A program made the position numbers and the translations under genes. A stretch of 32,000 bases of DNA, taken from Candidatus Auribacterota bacterium (GTDB taxonomy: Bacteria > Auribacterota > UBA6266). Shown here piece by piece: positions 25,081 through 31,563 of this stretch. Under the pieces are notes generated by a model. It made no database searches, was not told the DNA's origin, and was given only the letters and a program-made list of their open reading frames with translations. Position 1 is the stretch's first letter. Each line of letters begins with the position of its first letter. Location: the NCBI GenBank assembly GCA_023136205.1, contig JAGLRQ010000063.1, positions 6,204 to 38,203 on the forward strand. Reading direction: 5' to 3'.

Positions 25081-25473
25081 ATGAGAATTGCCCAAAAGAA
25101 TATTTTGAATAAAGATCTAAGCGATAAAATTATTGGGGCCGCTCTTAATGTATATAACATATTGGGGCGTGGCTTCTTAGAGAAAGTGTATGAAAACGCG
25201 TTATGTCTTGAGTTAAAAAGATCCAATATTCCCTATGAATGTCAGAAGCAAATAAAAGTGTTGTACCGGGAACAAATGGTAGGAGATTATATTTCTGATA
25301 TTGTTGTCGATAATAAAATTATTTTAGAAGTTAAAGCAACGCTTGAAACCCCGGGTTACCATGAAGCTCAGATACTCAATTATCTAAAAGCAACAGGGTT
25401 TAATTTGGGATATTTGTTAAACTTTGGGAGTAAAGACAAACTGTATTTTAAACGATTTGTTTTTTCGGTGTAA
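25081..25473 (+). CDS. GxxExxY protein (TIGR04256 / PD-(D/E)XK_3-like)
   Basis: GRGFLEKVYENAL carries the GxxExxY signature. DIVVDNKIILEVKA is a D...E-x-K nuclease-like core. ATG 25081 chosen because the TTG 25033 extension (MYLYQ...) is encoded by the repeat and recurs upstream of epsI. Confidence 0.8.
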   Translation: MRIAQKNILNKDLSDKIIGAALNVYNILGRGFLEKVYENALCLELKRSNIPYECQKQIKVLYREQMVGDYISDIVVDNKIILEVKATLETPGYHEAQILNYLKATGFNLGYLLNFGSKDKLYFKRFVFSV

Positions 25474-25533
25474 TTCGGCGTATTCGGAGGCTAAAAAAGT
25501 TTGTATCTGTATCGGTACTTTCAGCATCTAAAA
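25461..25533. repeat. E-type direct repeat, right copy
   Basis: Starts inside the last codons of the GxxExxY ORF (..ttt tcg gtg taa). Confidence 0.9.
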
Positions 25534-25545
25534 AGGTATCTATCA

Positions 25546-26259
25546 ATGGATAAAAAATCTTTAATTCGAGATATAATAATGGTTCTACTAATGCTTGGCG
25601 CGGCATTGTATGTATTTACTCACCCGGCGGAGAAACAATCACCGGAAGAAAAAATAAACCTGTCTTCCCTTATCCCTGCTGCATTCAATGATTGGATAAG
25701 CAAAACCTATGACACCTCTGATTACAAAGATAAATGGCAGTCCATAAACGAGCTTCTTGTAAGAGATTATTATGAAAAAGGCAAAGGAAGAAGATTGGGG
25801 TTTATCCTGGAATACAGCAGTGACTTAAGAAAAAACTTCAGCTTGCATTTCCCTGAAATTTGTCATCGGTCAGGGGGGAACGAAGTAATCTTTTTAGAGC
25901 CTTTAGAAATAGATTTGGGTAATGGCAAGACTATAAAGGCAAAATGTTTGTATATAAAAGGAATCGAAGAAGGAATAGATAAAATAGTTGTATACTGGTT
26001 AACAATAGATAATAAGCAATATTACAGGACTTTTTTTATTAAGTTAGACCAAATGTTAAGCGGCCTTCTTAAAAAGTCAAAAAGGGGTTTTTTGGTAAGA
26101 GTTGATTACTCTGAAGATGTTGAATATACAGAAAAATGTATCGAAAACGCGAGAAAAGTCATAGCTAATTTTATTAAAGACCTCTACAATACACTTCTAA
26201 CCACCCATTCCACTCCGGGGGTGGAATTGGAGATGTTATTTGGGAGAAACACGGAATAA
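25546..26259 (+). CDS. epsI: EpsI-family exosortase-associated protein
   Basis: N-terminal TM helix followed by a periplasmic domain. HFPEICHRSGG fits the EpsI H-x-PE-x-C motif. ATG 25546 chosen. Confidence 0.7.
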   Translation: MDKKSLIRDIIMVLLMLGAALYVFTHPAEKQSPEEKINLSSLIPAAFNDWISKTYDTSDYKDKWQSINELLVRDYYEKGKGRRLGFILEYSSDLRKNFSLHFPEICHRSGGNEVIFLEPLEIDLGNGKTIKAKCLYIKGIEEGIDKIVVYWLTIDNKQYYRTFFIKLDQMLSGLLKKSKRGFLVRVDYSEDVEYTEKCIENARKVIANFIKDLYNTLLTTHSTPGVELEMLFGRNTE

Positions 26260-26272
26260 AGGAGGCTTTTAA

Positions 26273-27061
26273 ATGTTTTTAAAGAAATCACGTTTTATAT
26301 TTATGATTGTCTTAACCACTGCAAGCTTCTTGATGATTACTGTTCCGGCTGCGTTAAGTTCCTCTTATTACATATATGATGATTTTGGCGGAACCTGGCA
26401 TGATGTTAATAAAAACTGGGTTGGTGACAGTAATATGTGCTGGGCAGCAGCAGCCTCAAATATTTTAGATTGGGGAAGTTGGCATACACCTTTTTATCCT
26501 GCGCATCAGGAAATTTTTGATAATTTTAAATACCACTGGACCAACGAAGGCGGAATGATGGATTATGGCTGGGATTGGTGGCTTAACGGGACAAATCCCC
26601 CTGATTGGACAGGATGGTCACAAGTTGATGGTGGGGGAAATCATTGGCCGGAATATGAGTTTTCCGACTATTATAATGAGGAATGGGAGAGAGATCTGGC
26701 TATGTCGACAATAGATGAATATCTTCATTCCGGTTATGGCACGACCCTTGCGATTTATAGTGGTCTTAGTGGCCATGCCTTAACTTGCTGGGGGTATGAA
26801 TACGATGATAAGAAGGGCTATACGGACATCTGGGTTACTGATTCAGATGATGATGTAATTGAACTGGTAAAATGTTCGGTTTCCTGGAACAAAGGGAAAA
26901 ACTGGTGGACTCTTGGCGATGCATACAATGGATATCATATCGGAGGAGTAGAAGGCCTCGCCGCTACTCCCGAGCCGGTAAGCAGTATTCTTTTTGTAAT
27001 AGGAGGTGCCTCTTTAGTGTTTTTTAGGTATAGAAGAAGGAAGAGAATCTGTAAAAAATAA
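26273..27061 (+). CDS. PEP-CTERM protein with clan CA (papain/calpain-like) cysteine peptidase-like domain
   Basis: Signal peptide. VGDSNMCWAAAASNIL (Cys, calpain-like GDCWLLAA context), SGHALTCWGY (His), IWVTDSDDD (Asp/Asn). C-terminal ATPEPVSSILFVIGGASLVFFRYRRRKR. GGAGG RBS. Confidence 0.6.
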   Translation: MFLKKSRFIFMIVLTTASFLMITVPAALSSSYYIYDDFGGTWHDVNKNWVGDSNMCWAAAASNILDWGSWHTPFYPAHQEIFDNFKYHWTNEGGMMDYGWDWWLNGTNPPDWTGWSQVDGGGNHWPEYEFSDYYNEEWERDLAMSTIDEYLHSGYGTTLAIYSGLSGHALTCWGYEYDDKKGYTDIWVTDSDDDVIELVKCSVSWNKGKNWWTLGDAYNGYHIGGVEGLAATPEPVSSILFVIGGASLVFFRYRRRKRICKK

Positions 27062-27203
27062 AGAAAAATAAAGGGACCAGATAATAGGAGAAGATAATTT
27101 ATAAGCTGTAATTAATAAACAGGTCTTTCCTGTTGACAAAGTTGTATCTAATAAATCAAATTAATTTTTTTTAAAACTAACTTTTAAAAGAGGATGGGTT
27201 ATT

Positions 27204-27767
27204 ATGAAAAGCATTAAATGGCCGATGGTTTTACTTACAGTATTAGTTTTGAGTACTCCTAATGCTAATGCGGGGACATACAGTGATAGAGTAAATTTTA
27301 CTCCTGGTACATATCTTGGCTGGGCTGCCCCTTGGGAACATACTATATCAGAAATTCCGTCGGGTGAAGTTGTGGTTTCAGCAAATATTGAATTGGAAGC
27401 AAAAGTTTGGAGTTGGGGCTCCGCGTACGGAGGGTTTCCTTTGCTTGCCAGTGACTCGAATGTTTTTGTTTTGAATAATGAGCATGGCGTTTCAGCGTTA
27501 ACTACATGGACACATCCAAGCTCGAGTTCTTTTTACACCATTACTGCCACTTTAAAGCCTAATCAAGTCGGTTGGCTGGCCAATGATAACAATATACATT
27601 TTGAAGTGTATCCGTGGGATGGAGCTTATTATTTAGATCACGCAACTTTAAACGTAATAACAACCCCCGAACCCATATCGATGGTACTATTTCCTGTCGG
27701 CGCCGGTGTTTTGGGATTTTTCAAAAGAAAAAAAATCAAAGAGAAATTTTTTAGGAAGAAATTATAA
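27204..27767 (+). CDS. PEP-CTERM sorting-signal protein (copy 2 of duplicated gene)
   Basis: Differs from 24228-24788 by 8 aa replacements and one extra C-terminal residue. Same upstream region duplicated from ~27092. Confidence 0.85.
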   Translation: MKSIKWPMVLLTVLVLSTPNANAGTYSDRVNFTPGTYLGWAAPWEHTISEIPSGEVVVSANIELEAKVWSWGSAYGGFPLLASDSNVFVLNNEHGVSALTTWTHPSSSSFYTITATLKPNQVGWLANDNNIHFEVYPWDGAYYLDHATLNVITTPEPISMVLFPVGAGVLGFFKRKKIKEKFFRKKL

Positions 27768-27839
27768 AGGGGTCAACTCCCTTTTATTTTGACATATGAC
27801 TACCTGCCTTATCAAAAAAAGGGAGTTGACCCCTTATAA
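27764..27839. repeat. F-type hairpin repeat, left copy (15-bp perfect inverted repeat, 37-nt loop)
   Basis: AGGGGTCAACTCCCT 27768-27782 pairs with AGGGAGTTGACCCCT 27820-27834. The loop contains TTGACA (27789-27794). The whole element recurs at 29236-29311. Confidence 0.9.
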
Positions 27840-27852
27840 AATAGGAGAAGAG

Positions 27853-28395
27853 ATGAAAAATATTGTTATAGGATTGCTTATCTGCGTTTTGTTAAGTATT
27901 CCGGCTGGGGCCGAAGCTCAAGAAGAGTTTGAGTTGGGAATGGTTTACGAACAAGATAGTTCTTTTAATGTGCCGGGGTGGACATATGAATATGATGAAA
28001 CACCATGGGTGCATCTCTATAATCTTCCGATGGATACAAATCCGGATTTTTTCTTGATACGCTACGGTTGGCAGCATTATGCCAGTAATACTTGGGAGGA
28101 GGAAGAAGAGTTCGTTGAGTTTTGCGAGATGCCATATTATGGTGAATGGTGGAAGAGCCCTGAGAGATGGGATGATCCTATTAATCCTATAAGACAGTCA
28201 GGCGCGTGGTGGGTCGATGTTTCGGTTTCAGGGTTTTCTTATTCGGGTGAAATGGAGCTTTTATTTAGTGTCGAGAACTCGACTGAGTTTGATGTTAATG
28301 TGGCTCCTGAACCTGTAAGCAGTGTTCTTTTTGTAATAGGTGGTGCCTCTTTAGTGTTTTTTAGGTATAGAAAAAAGAAGAGTCGTAAAGGATAA
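27853..28395 (+). CDS. PEP-CTERM sorting-signal protein (small secreted domain)
   Basis: ATG 27853 with AGGAGAAG RBS. Signal peptide ...IPAGAEA. C-terminal VAPEPVSSVLFVIGGASLVFFRYRKKK. Confidence 0.8.
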   Translation: MKNIVIGLLICVLLSIPAGAEAQEEFELGMVYEQDSSFNVPGWTYEYDETPWVHLYNLPMDTNPDFFLIRYGWQHYASNTWEEEEEFVEFCEMPYYGEWWKSPERWDDPINPIRQSGAWWVDVSVSGFSYSGEMELLFSVENSTEFDVNVAPEPVSSVLFVIGGASLVFFRYRKKKSRKG

Positions 28396-28444
28396 TCCCA
28401 CTGTGGTGGGAAATAATAGAATTCCCACTTGACATATTTCCCAC
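28396..28444 (+). promoter_or_regulatory. Candidate TA operator/promoter: four TCCCAC half-sites
   Basis: Palindrome TCCCAC-TGTG-GTGGGA at 28396-28411, then TTCCCAC at 28422-28428 and 28438-28444, overlapping a weak TTCCCA-N17-TATATG promoter upstream of the AbrB-like gene. Confidence 0.4.
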
Positions 28445-28476
28445 TATATGGCATGCTTCAAGTGGAGGTGAGCGAA

Positions 28477-28797
28477 ATGGAAAGACATAAGGAAGAACTT
28501 ATTCATGAAAGATTTATACCCGCGGAAATAAAAACTCTGGACTCTAAAAATCGAATAAATCTGGGTGAGAAGATTTTAAAATTAATTTCAGGGGAAAAGA
28601 AAGCCGATGTCTATCAAGTTTTTGTTGGGGAGAAAGGAGATATCCTTTTGAGGCCCGCGGTTACTGTTCCAAGCTGTGAAGCATGGATTTATCGCAATCC
28701 AATCGTATTAAAAAAGATTCGGCAGGGATTAAGTGAGGCAAAACGGGGTAAGGTTGAAAAAGCGGAAGATATAAATACTTTTTTAGGGAAGATATGA
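28477..28797 (+). CDS. AbrB/MazE/SpoVT-fold antitoxin-like protein
   Basis: KTLDSKNRINLGEKILKLI...DILLRPAV fits a swapped-hairpin AbrB-type DNA-binding domain. GGAGGTG RBS before ATG 28477. 4-nt overlap with the downstream toxin gene. Confidence 0.6.
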   Translation: MERHKEELIHERFIPAEIKTLDSKNRINLGEKILKLISGEKKADVYQVFVGEKGDILLRPAVTVPSCEAWIYRNPIVLKKIRQGLSEAKRGKVEKAEDINTFLGKI

Positions 28798-29090
28798 AAT
28801 TTGTTTTATATTTTACCCCCATGGCTAAAAAAACCTTAAAGGAATTAAAAGAAGATACTGGGCAAAAAAAGAGGTACCAATCAGTTACAAAAGCTTTAAA
28901 GTTCTTGAACGAAAATCCAAAACATCCTGGTTTACAAACCCACCGGTATTATTCATTGCAAGGCCCGCATGATGAGAAAATTTTTGAGGCATATGCCGAA
29001 CAAAAAACACCCGCGGCTTATAGAATTTTCTTTTTTTACGGCCCTTGTAAAGATGGTATAACTATTTTTGCGATCACACCGCATCCGTAA
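28794..29090 (+). CDS. RelE/ParE-superfamily toxin-like protein
   Basis: 98 aa. The pattern ...AKKTLKEL...LKFLNENPKHPGLQTHRY..L.G......EAY....YRIFFFY....ITIFAITPHP is typical of RelE/ParE-fold toxins. Coupled to the upstream antitoxin. Confidence 0.55.
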   Translation: MKFVLYFTPMAKKTLKELKEDTGQKKRYQSVTKALKFLNENPKHPGLQTHRYYSLQGPHDEKIFEAYAEQKTPAAYRIFFFYGPCKDGITIFAITPHP

Positions 29091-29235
29091 TAATCCATTC
29101 CACCCCGGGGGTGGAACGTGATTTCCCCAAAAGAGTAGTTATCATTGATTTTTGTGCAATAATGCGTCAATCTATGGTTGCTTTCTATGCAGTAAAACCT
29201 ATATCTATCATTGCTTTTCTTGTATTTCATGTTCA

Positions 29236-29311
29236 ATAAAGGGGTTAACTCCCCTTCATTTTGACATATAACTACCTACCTTATCAAAAAAAGGGAGTTG
29301 ACCCCTTATAA
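29236..29311. repeat. F-type hairpin repeat, right copy (left arm degenerated)
   Basis: ~67/73 identity with 27764-27839. Arms are AGGGGTTAACTCCCCT 29240-29255 and AGGGAGTTGACCCCT 29292-29306. Confidence 0.9.
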
Positions 29312-29313
29312 TT

Positions 29314-29356
29314 AAAAAATTGCCGATAGAATCGCTAAATTCTATCGGCAATTTTT
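29314..29356. terminator. Bidirectional rho-independent terminator
   Basis: 18-bp perfect stem AAAAATTGCCGATAGAAT / ATTCTATCGGCAATTTTT with loop CGCTAA and A/T runs on both sides. Sits between convergent genes. Confidence 0.8.
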
Positions 29357-29384
29357 GAAAGATGATAAGCAGTAAGTTTCCGGT

Positions 29385-29867
29385 TTAAACCTTTTTCTTA
29401 CGTTTTGCTTTCCAGCGGTATCCAAATGCTAAAAAAGTTCCTCCGAGTAAGAAGAGAGCTGAGTTTACCGGTTCGGGGGTTACGGTAAAGTTGGCAGTAT
29501 CAGTTCCGGTGCCGTCAGCAGAAGAAAAATCGGCTCTTAAATTCCAGTAGCCTAACTGTCTGGGCCCGCCAACATCAGACCAATTATCCAATGAGTGCCA
29601 TGCCTTGTCGCCGCTGGTAACTAGTTCAAAATCATCGTAGTATGAACTGGTTCCGTCTGGATTCCACCAGGAAACCGTAAAGGTCATGGTAGGAGAGGGG
29701 AGATTTAAATAAAGCCATGGCTGTTCATTCCAGCCGAATGTGTTTTTTAATGTAGTGCTTCCATCAGTTGCAACAGTGTACAAATCATCAAATTCCAAAG
29801 AAAACGCGCTATTTGTGAATACCAGCGTAAGAAATAAAAACACCCCTAAAATTAGTTTTGTGCGCAT
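29385..29867 (-). CDS. PEP-CTERM sorting-signal protein (FGWNE-motif family)
   Basis: Signal peptide. NTFGWNEQPWLYLNL motif. C-terminal VTPEPVNSALFLLGGTFLAFGYRWKAKRKKK. Confidence 0.8.
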   Translation of the reverse strand: MRTKLILGVFLFLTLVFTNSAFSLEFDDLYTVATDGSTTLKNTFGWNEQPWLYLNLPSPTMTFTVSWWNPDGTSSYYDDFELVTSGDKAWHSLDNWSDVGGPRQLGYWNLRADFSSADGTGTDTANFTVTPEPVNSALFLLGGTFLAFGYRWKAKRKKKV

Positions 29868-29992
29868 CTTCTAATACCCCTTTTAATTTTTTGCATTTTT
29901 GTTTAACGGACACACTTCTTGTCTTACAATCCATAGGCGGATGATACTAAGTACCGTAATGGTTTGTCAAGAAAAATTTGAGGATAGCGGAT

Positions 29993-30496
29993 TTAAGCCT
30001 TTTGTCTCCGCTTTGTTTTCCAGCGGCAGCCGAATGCTAAAACTGCTCCGCCAAGTAGAAAGAGAGCTGAGTTTACCGGTTCAGGGGTTACGGTAAAATC
30101 AATATTTGTTATAGGCCCGAGCCCGGGAGAGCCCCATTGTGCTTGTATGCTCCAGCTGCCAGCCTTTTTAACGGTGTCCCAGTCATTAAGATGATTCCAA
30201 AAGTTAAAATAGCTGCTGCCGACAGAGGCCGTTAGCGCTTGATTAGAGGCCTGCGAGTTGGAAATTAGTTCATTTCCGTACCACCATTTCCACTTCAAAT
30301 TGGGATCGTCAATATCGAATTGTAAAAATGCAAAAGGTTTTTCATTCCAGCCAAATGTGCTTTGTCCGGTAGTGCTTCCCTCAGTTGTCATATAAGTGCC
30401 AGCAGAAGCTTCGAGTTGTTTAGCATCAGCATTACCTGCCGGCACTAAGAGAGATATAATAAGACTGCCTATTGAGAGAATAATTGTTTTTCGCAC
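29993..30496 (-). CDS. PEP-CTERM sorting-signal protein (FGWNE-motif family, paralog)
   Basis: GTG start with GGAGG 5 nt upstream. STFGWNEKPFAFLQF motif. C-terminal VTPEPVNSALFLLGGAVLAFGCRWKTKRR. Confidence 0.8.
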   Translation of the reverse strand: MRKTIILSIGSLIISLLVPAGNADAKQLEASAGTYMTTEGSTTGQSTFGWNEKPFAFLQFDIDDPNLKWKWWYGNELISNSQASNQALTASVGSSYFNFWNHLNDWDTVKKAGSWSIQAQWGSPGLGPITNIDFTVTPEPVNSALFLLGGAVLAFGCRWKTKRRQKA

Positions 30497-30589
30497 TTTC
30501 GCCTCCGTGATGGTGATGGGGAATTGTACTATCCCTAATTAATATCTGTCAAGAGTAAATTTAGATAGAGACACGTCCCATTTTCCCGC

Positions 30590-30618
30590 TTGACATACTC
30601 CGAACATTTGCATACACT
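30590..30618 (+). promoter_or_regulatory. Candidate promoter TTGACA-N17-TACACT for a leaderless methyltransferase transcript
   Basis: TTGACA 30590-30595 and TACACT 30613-30618, with exactly 6 nt and no SD before ATG 30625. Confidence 0.35.
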
Positions 30619-30624
30619 TCCCAA

Positions 30625-31485
30625 ATGCCAGGGCGATCAAGAATAGAGGAATGCCTTGCAAATCGGAGAATAAATGAGATGTGTCTCTCTTTTATGCGAA
30701 AGATGGTTATGTGGCCTCTCCGGAGAATAAAAAGAAATCCGGTAATTGGCGCTGTTAACAAGTTTCTCAATCGTCTTTTTAGAAAACATAGGATTAAACT
30801 TTCGAATATATTAGTCAACAAATTTCGTATTTCCAGGATGCTTGTGCCGGTTGAAGAACTCCAGAAAAAATATAGGGAAGCCTTGTTGTATTTAACAGCT
30901 AAGAAAAATACTGAGAAGCTGGGTGATTATTTAGAGTTTGGGGTTTATCAGGGGACTTCTCTGTTATGTATGGATCGCGCCTTAAAAAATCTTGGATTGT
31001 GTCATACACGTCTTTTTGGATTTGATTCTTTTGAGGGCCTGCCTTTCTCAGCGGACGCTGACGCGTCTAAATTGTGGTGTCAGGGCCAGTTCAAGGCGGA
31101 TTACGAATTTACCGAAGAAGTGCTGACAAAGGCCGGTGTAGATTGGGACAGGGTGTTTTTGGTAAAGGGTTTTTTTGAGTCTATCCTTAACAAAAAAATT
31201 ATAAAAAAACATAATATTGCCAGGGCAAGTGTAATAATGATTGATTGCGATATGTATTTATCGGCCAAAGAAGCATTGAATTTTTGCGCTTCTCTTATTC
31301 ACGATGAAGCTGTGATTTTTTTCGACGATTGGAATTGTACAGGCCATAATGGCGGAGAAAAAAAAGCATTTGCTGAATTTCTAAGAGAGAATTCTCACTT
31401 TGCCGCGGAGGAATTTGGTACTTATTGTTCCAATGCTCAGGTTTTTCGTGTTTTTCGTAAGGAAAAAGTAAACGGAAAAGAGTAG
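30625..31485 (+). CDS. TylF/MycF-like class I SAM-dependent (sugar O-)methyltransferase
   Basis: GDYLEFGVYQGTSL (SAM-binding G-x-G-like), FGFDSFEGLP and VIMIDCDMYLSAKEAL...IFFDDW are typical of the macrocin-O-methyltransferase family. Start uncertain (30625, or internal ATGs at 30679, 30694, 30703 or 30709). Confidence 0.7.
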   Translation: MPGRSRIEECLANRRINEMCLSFMRKMVMWPLRRIKRNPVIGAVNKFLNRLFRKHRIKLSNILVNKFRISRMLVPVEELQKKYREALLYLTAKKNTEKLGDYLEFGVYQGTSLLCMDRALKNLGLCHTRLFGFDSFEGLPFSADADASKLWCQGQFKADYEFTEEVLTKAGVDWDRVFLVKGFFESILNKKIIKKHNIARASVIMIDCDMYLSAKEALNFCASLIHDEAVIFFDDWNCTGHNGGEKKAFAEFLRENSHFAAEEFGTYCSNAQVFRVFRKEKVNGKE

Positions 31486-31563
31486 TTTTTGTAGCGCCAA
31501 TCTGGTAAATTAAACACGCGCGAAAATATATTGCATAATTGAAACGGAGAGGAGCAATAGGCA

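Noticed and set aside
29036-29236. 66-aa minus-strand ORF between the toxin gene and the F-R repeat
   Set aside because: It overlaps the 3' end of the RelE-like gene by ~55 nt, has no RBS and has no recognisable motif. It probably reflects the palindromic 22-mer region.
27764-29311. F-type hairpin repeats as bona fide integron attC sites / chromosomal integron
   Set aside because: No intI or attI is in the window. The stem is a perfect 15-bp duplex without the extrahelical bases characteristic of attC. The core matches (GGTCAAC/GTTGACC) have a mismatch each. The other cassettes use unrelated, non-hairpin repeats.
30561-30821. 86-aa minus-strand ORF overlapping the methyltransferase 5' region
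   Set aside because: It is antisense to a gene with clear family motifs, would lack its own promoter space, and shows no motif or RBS.
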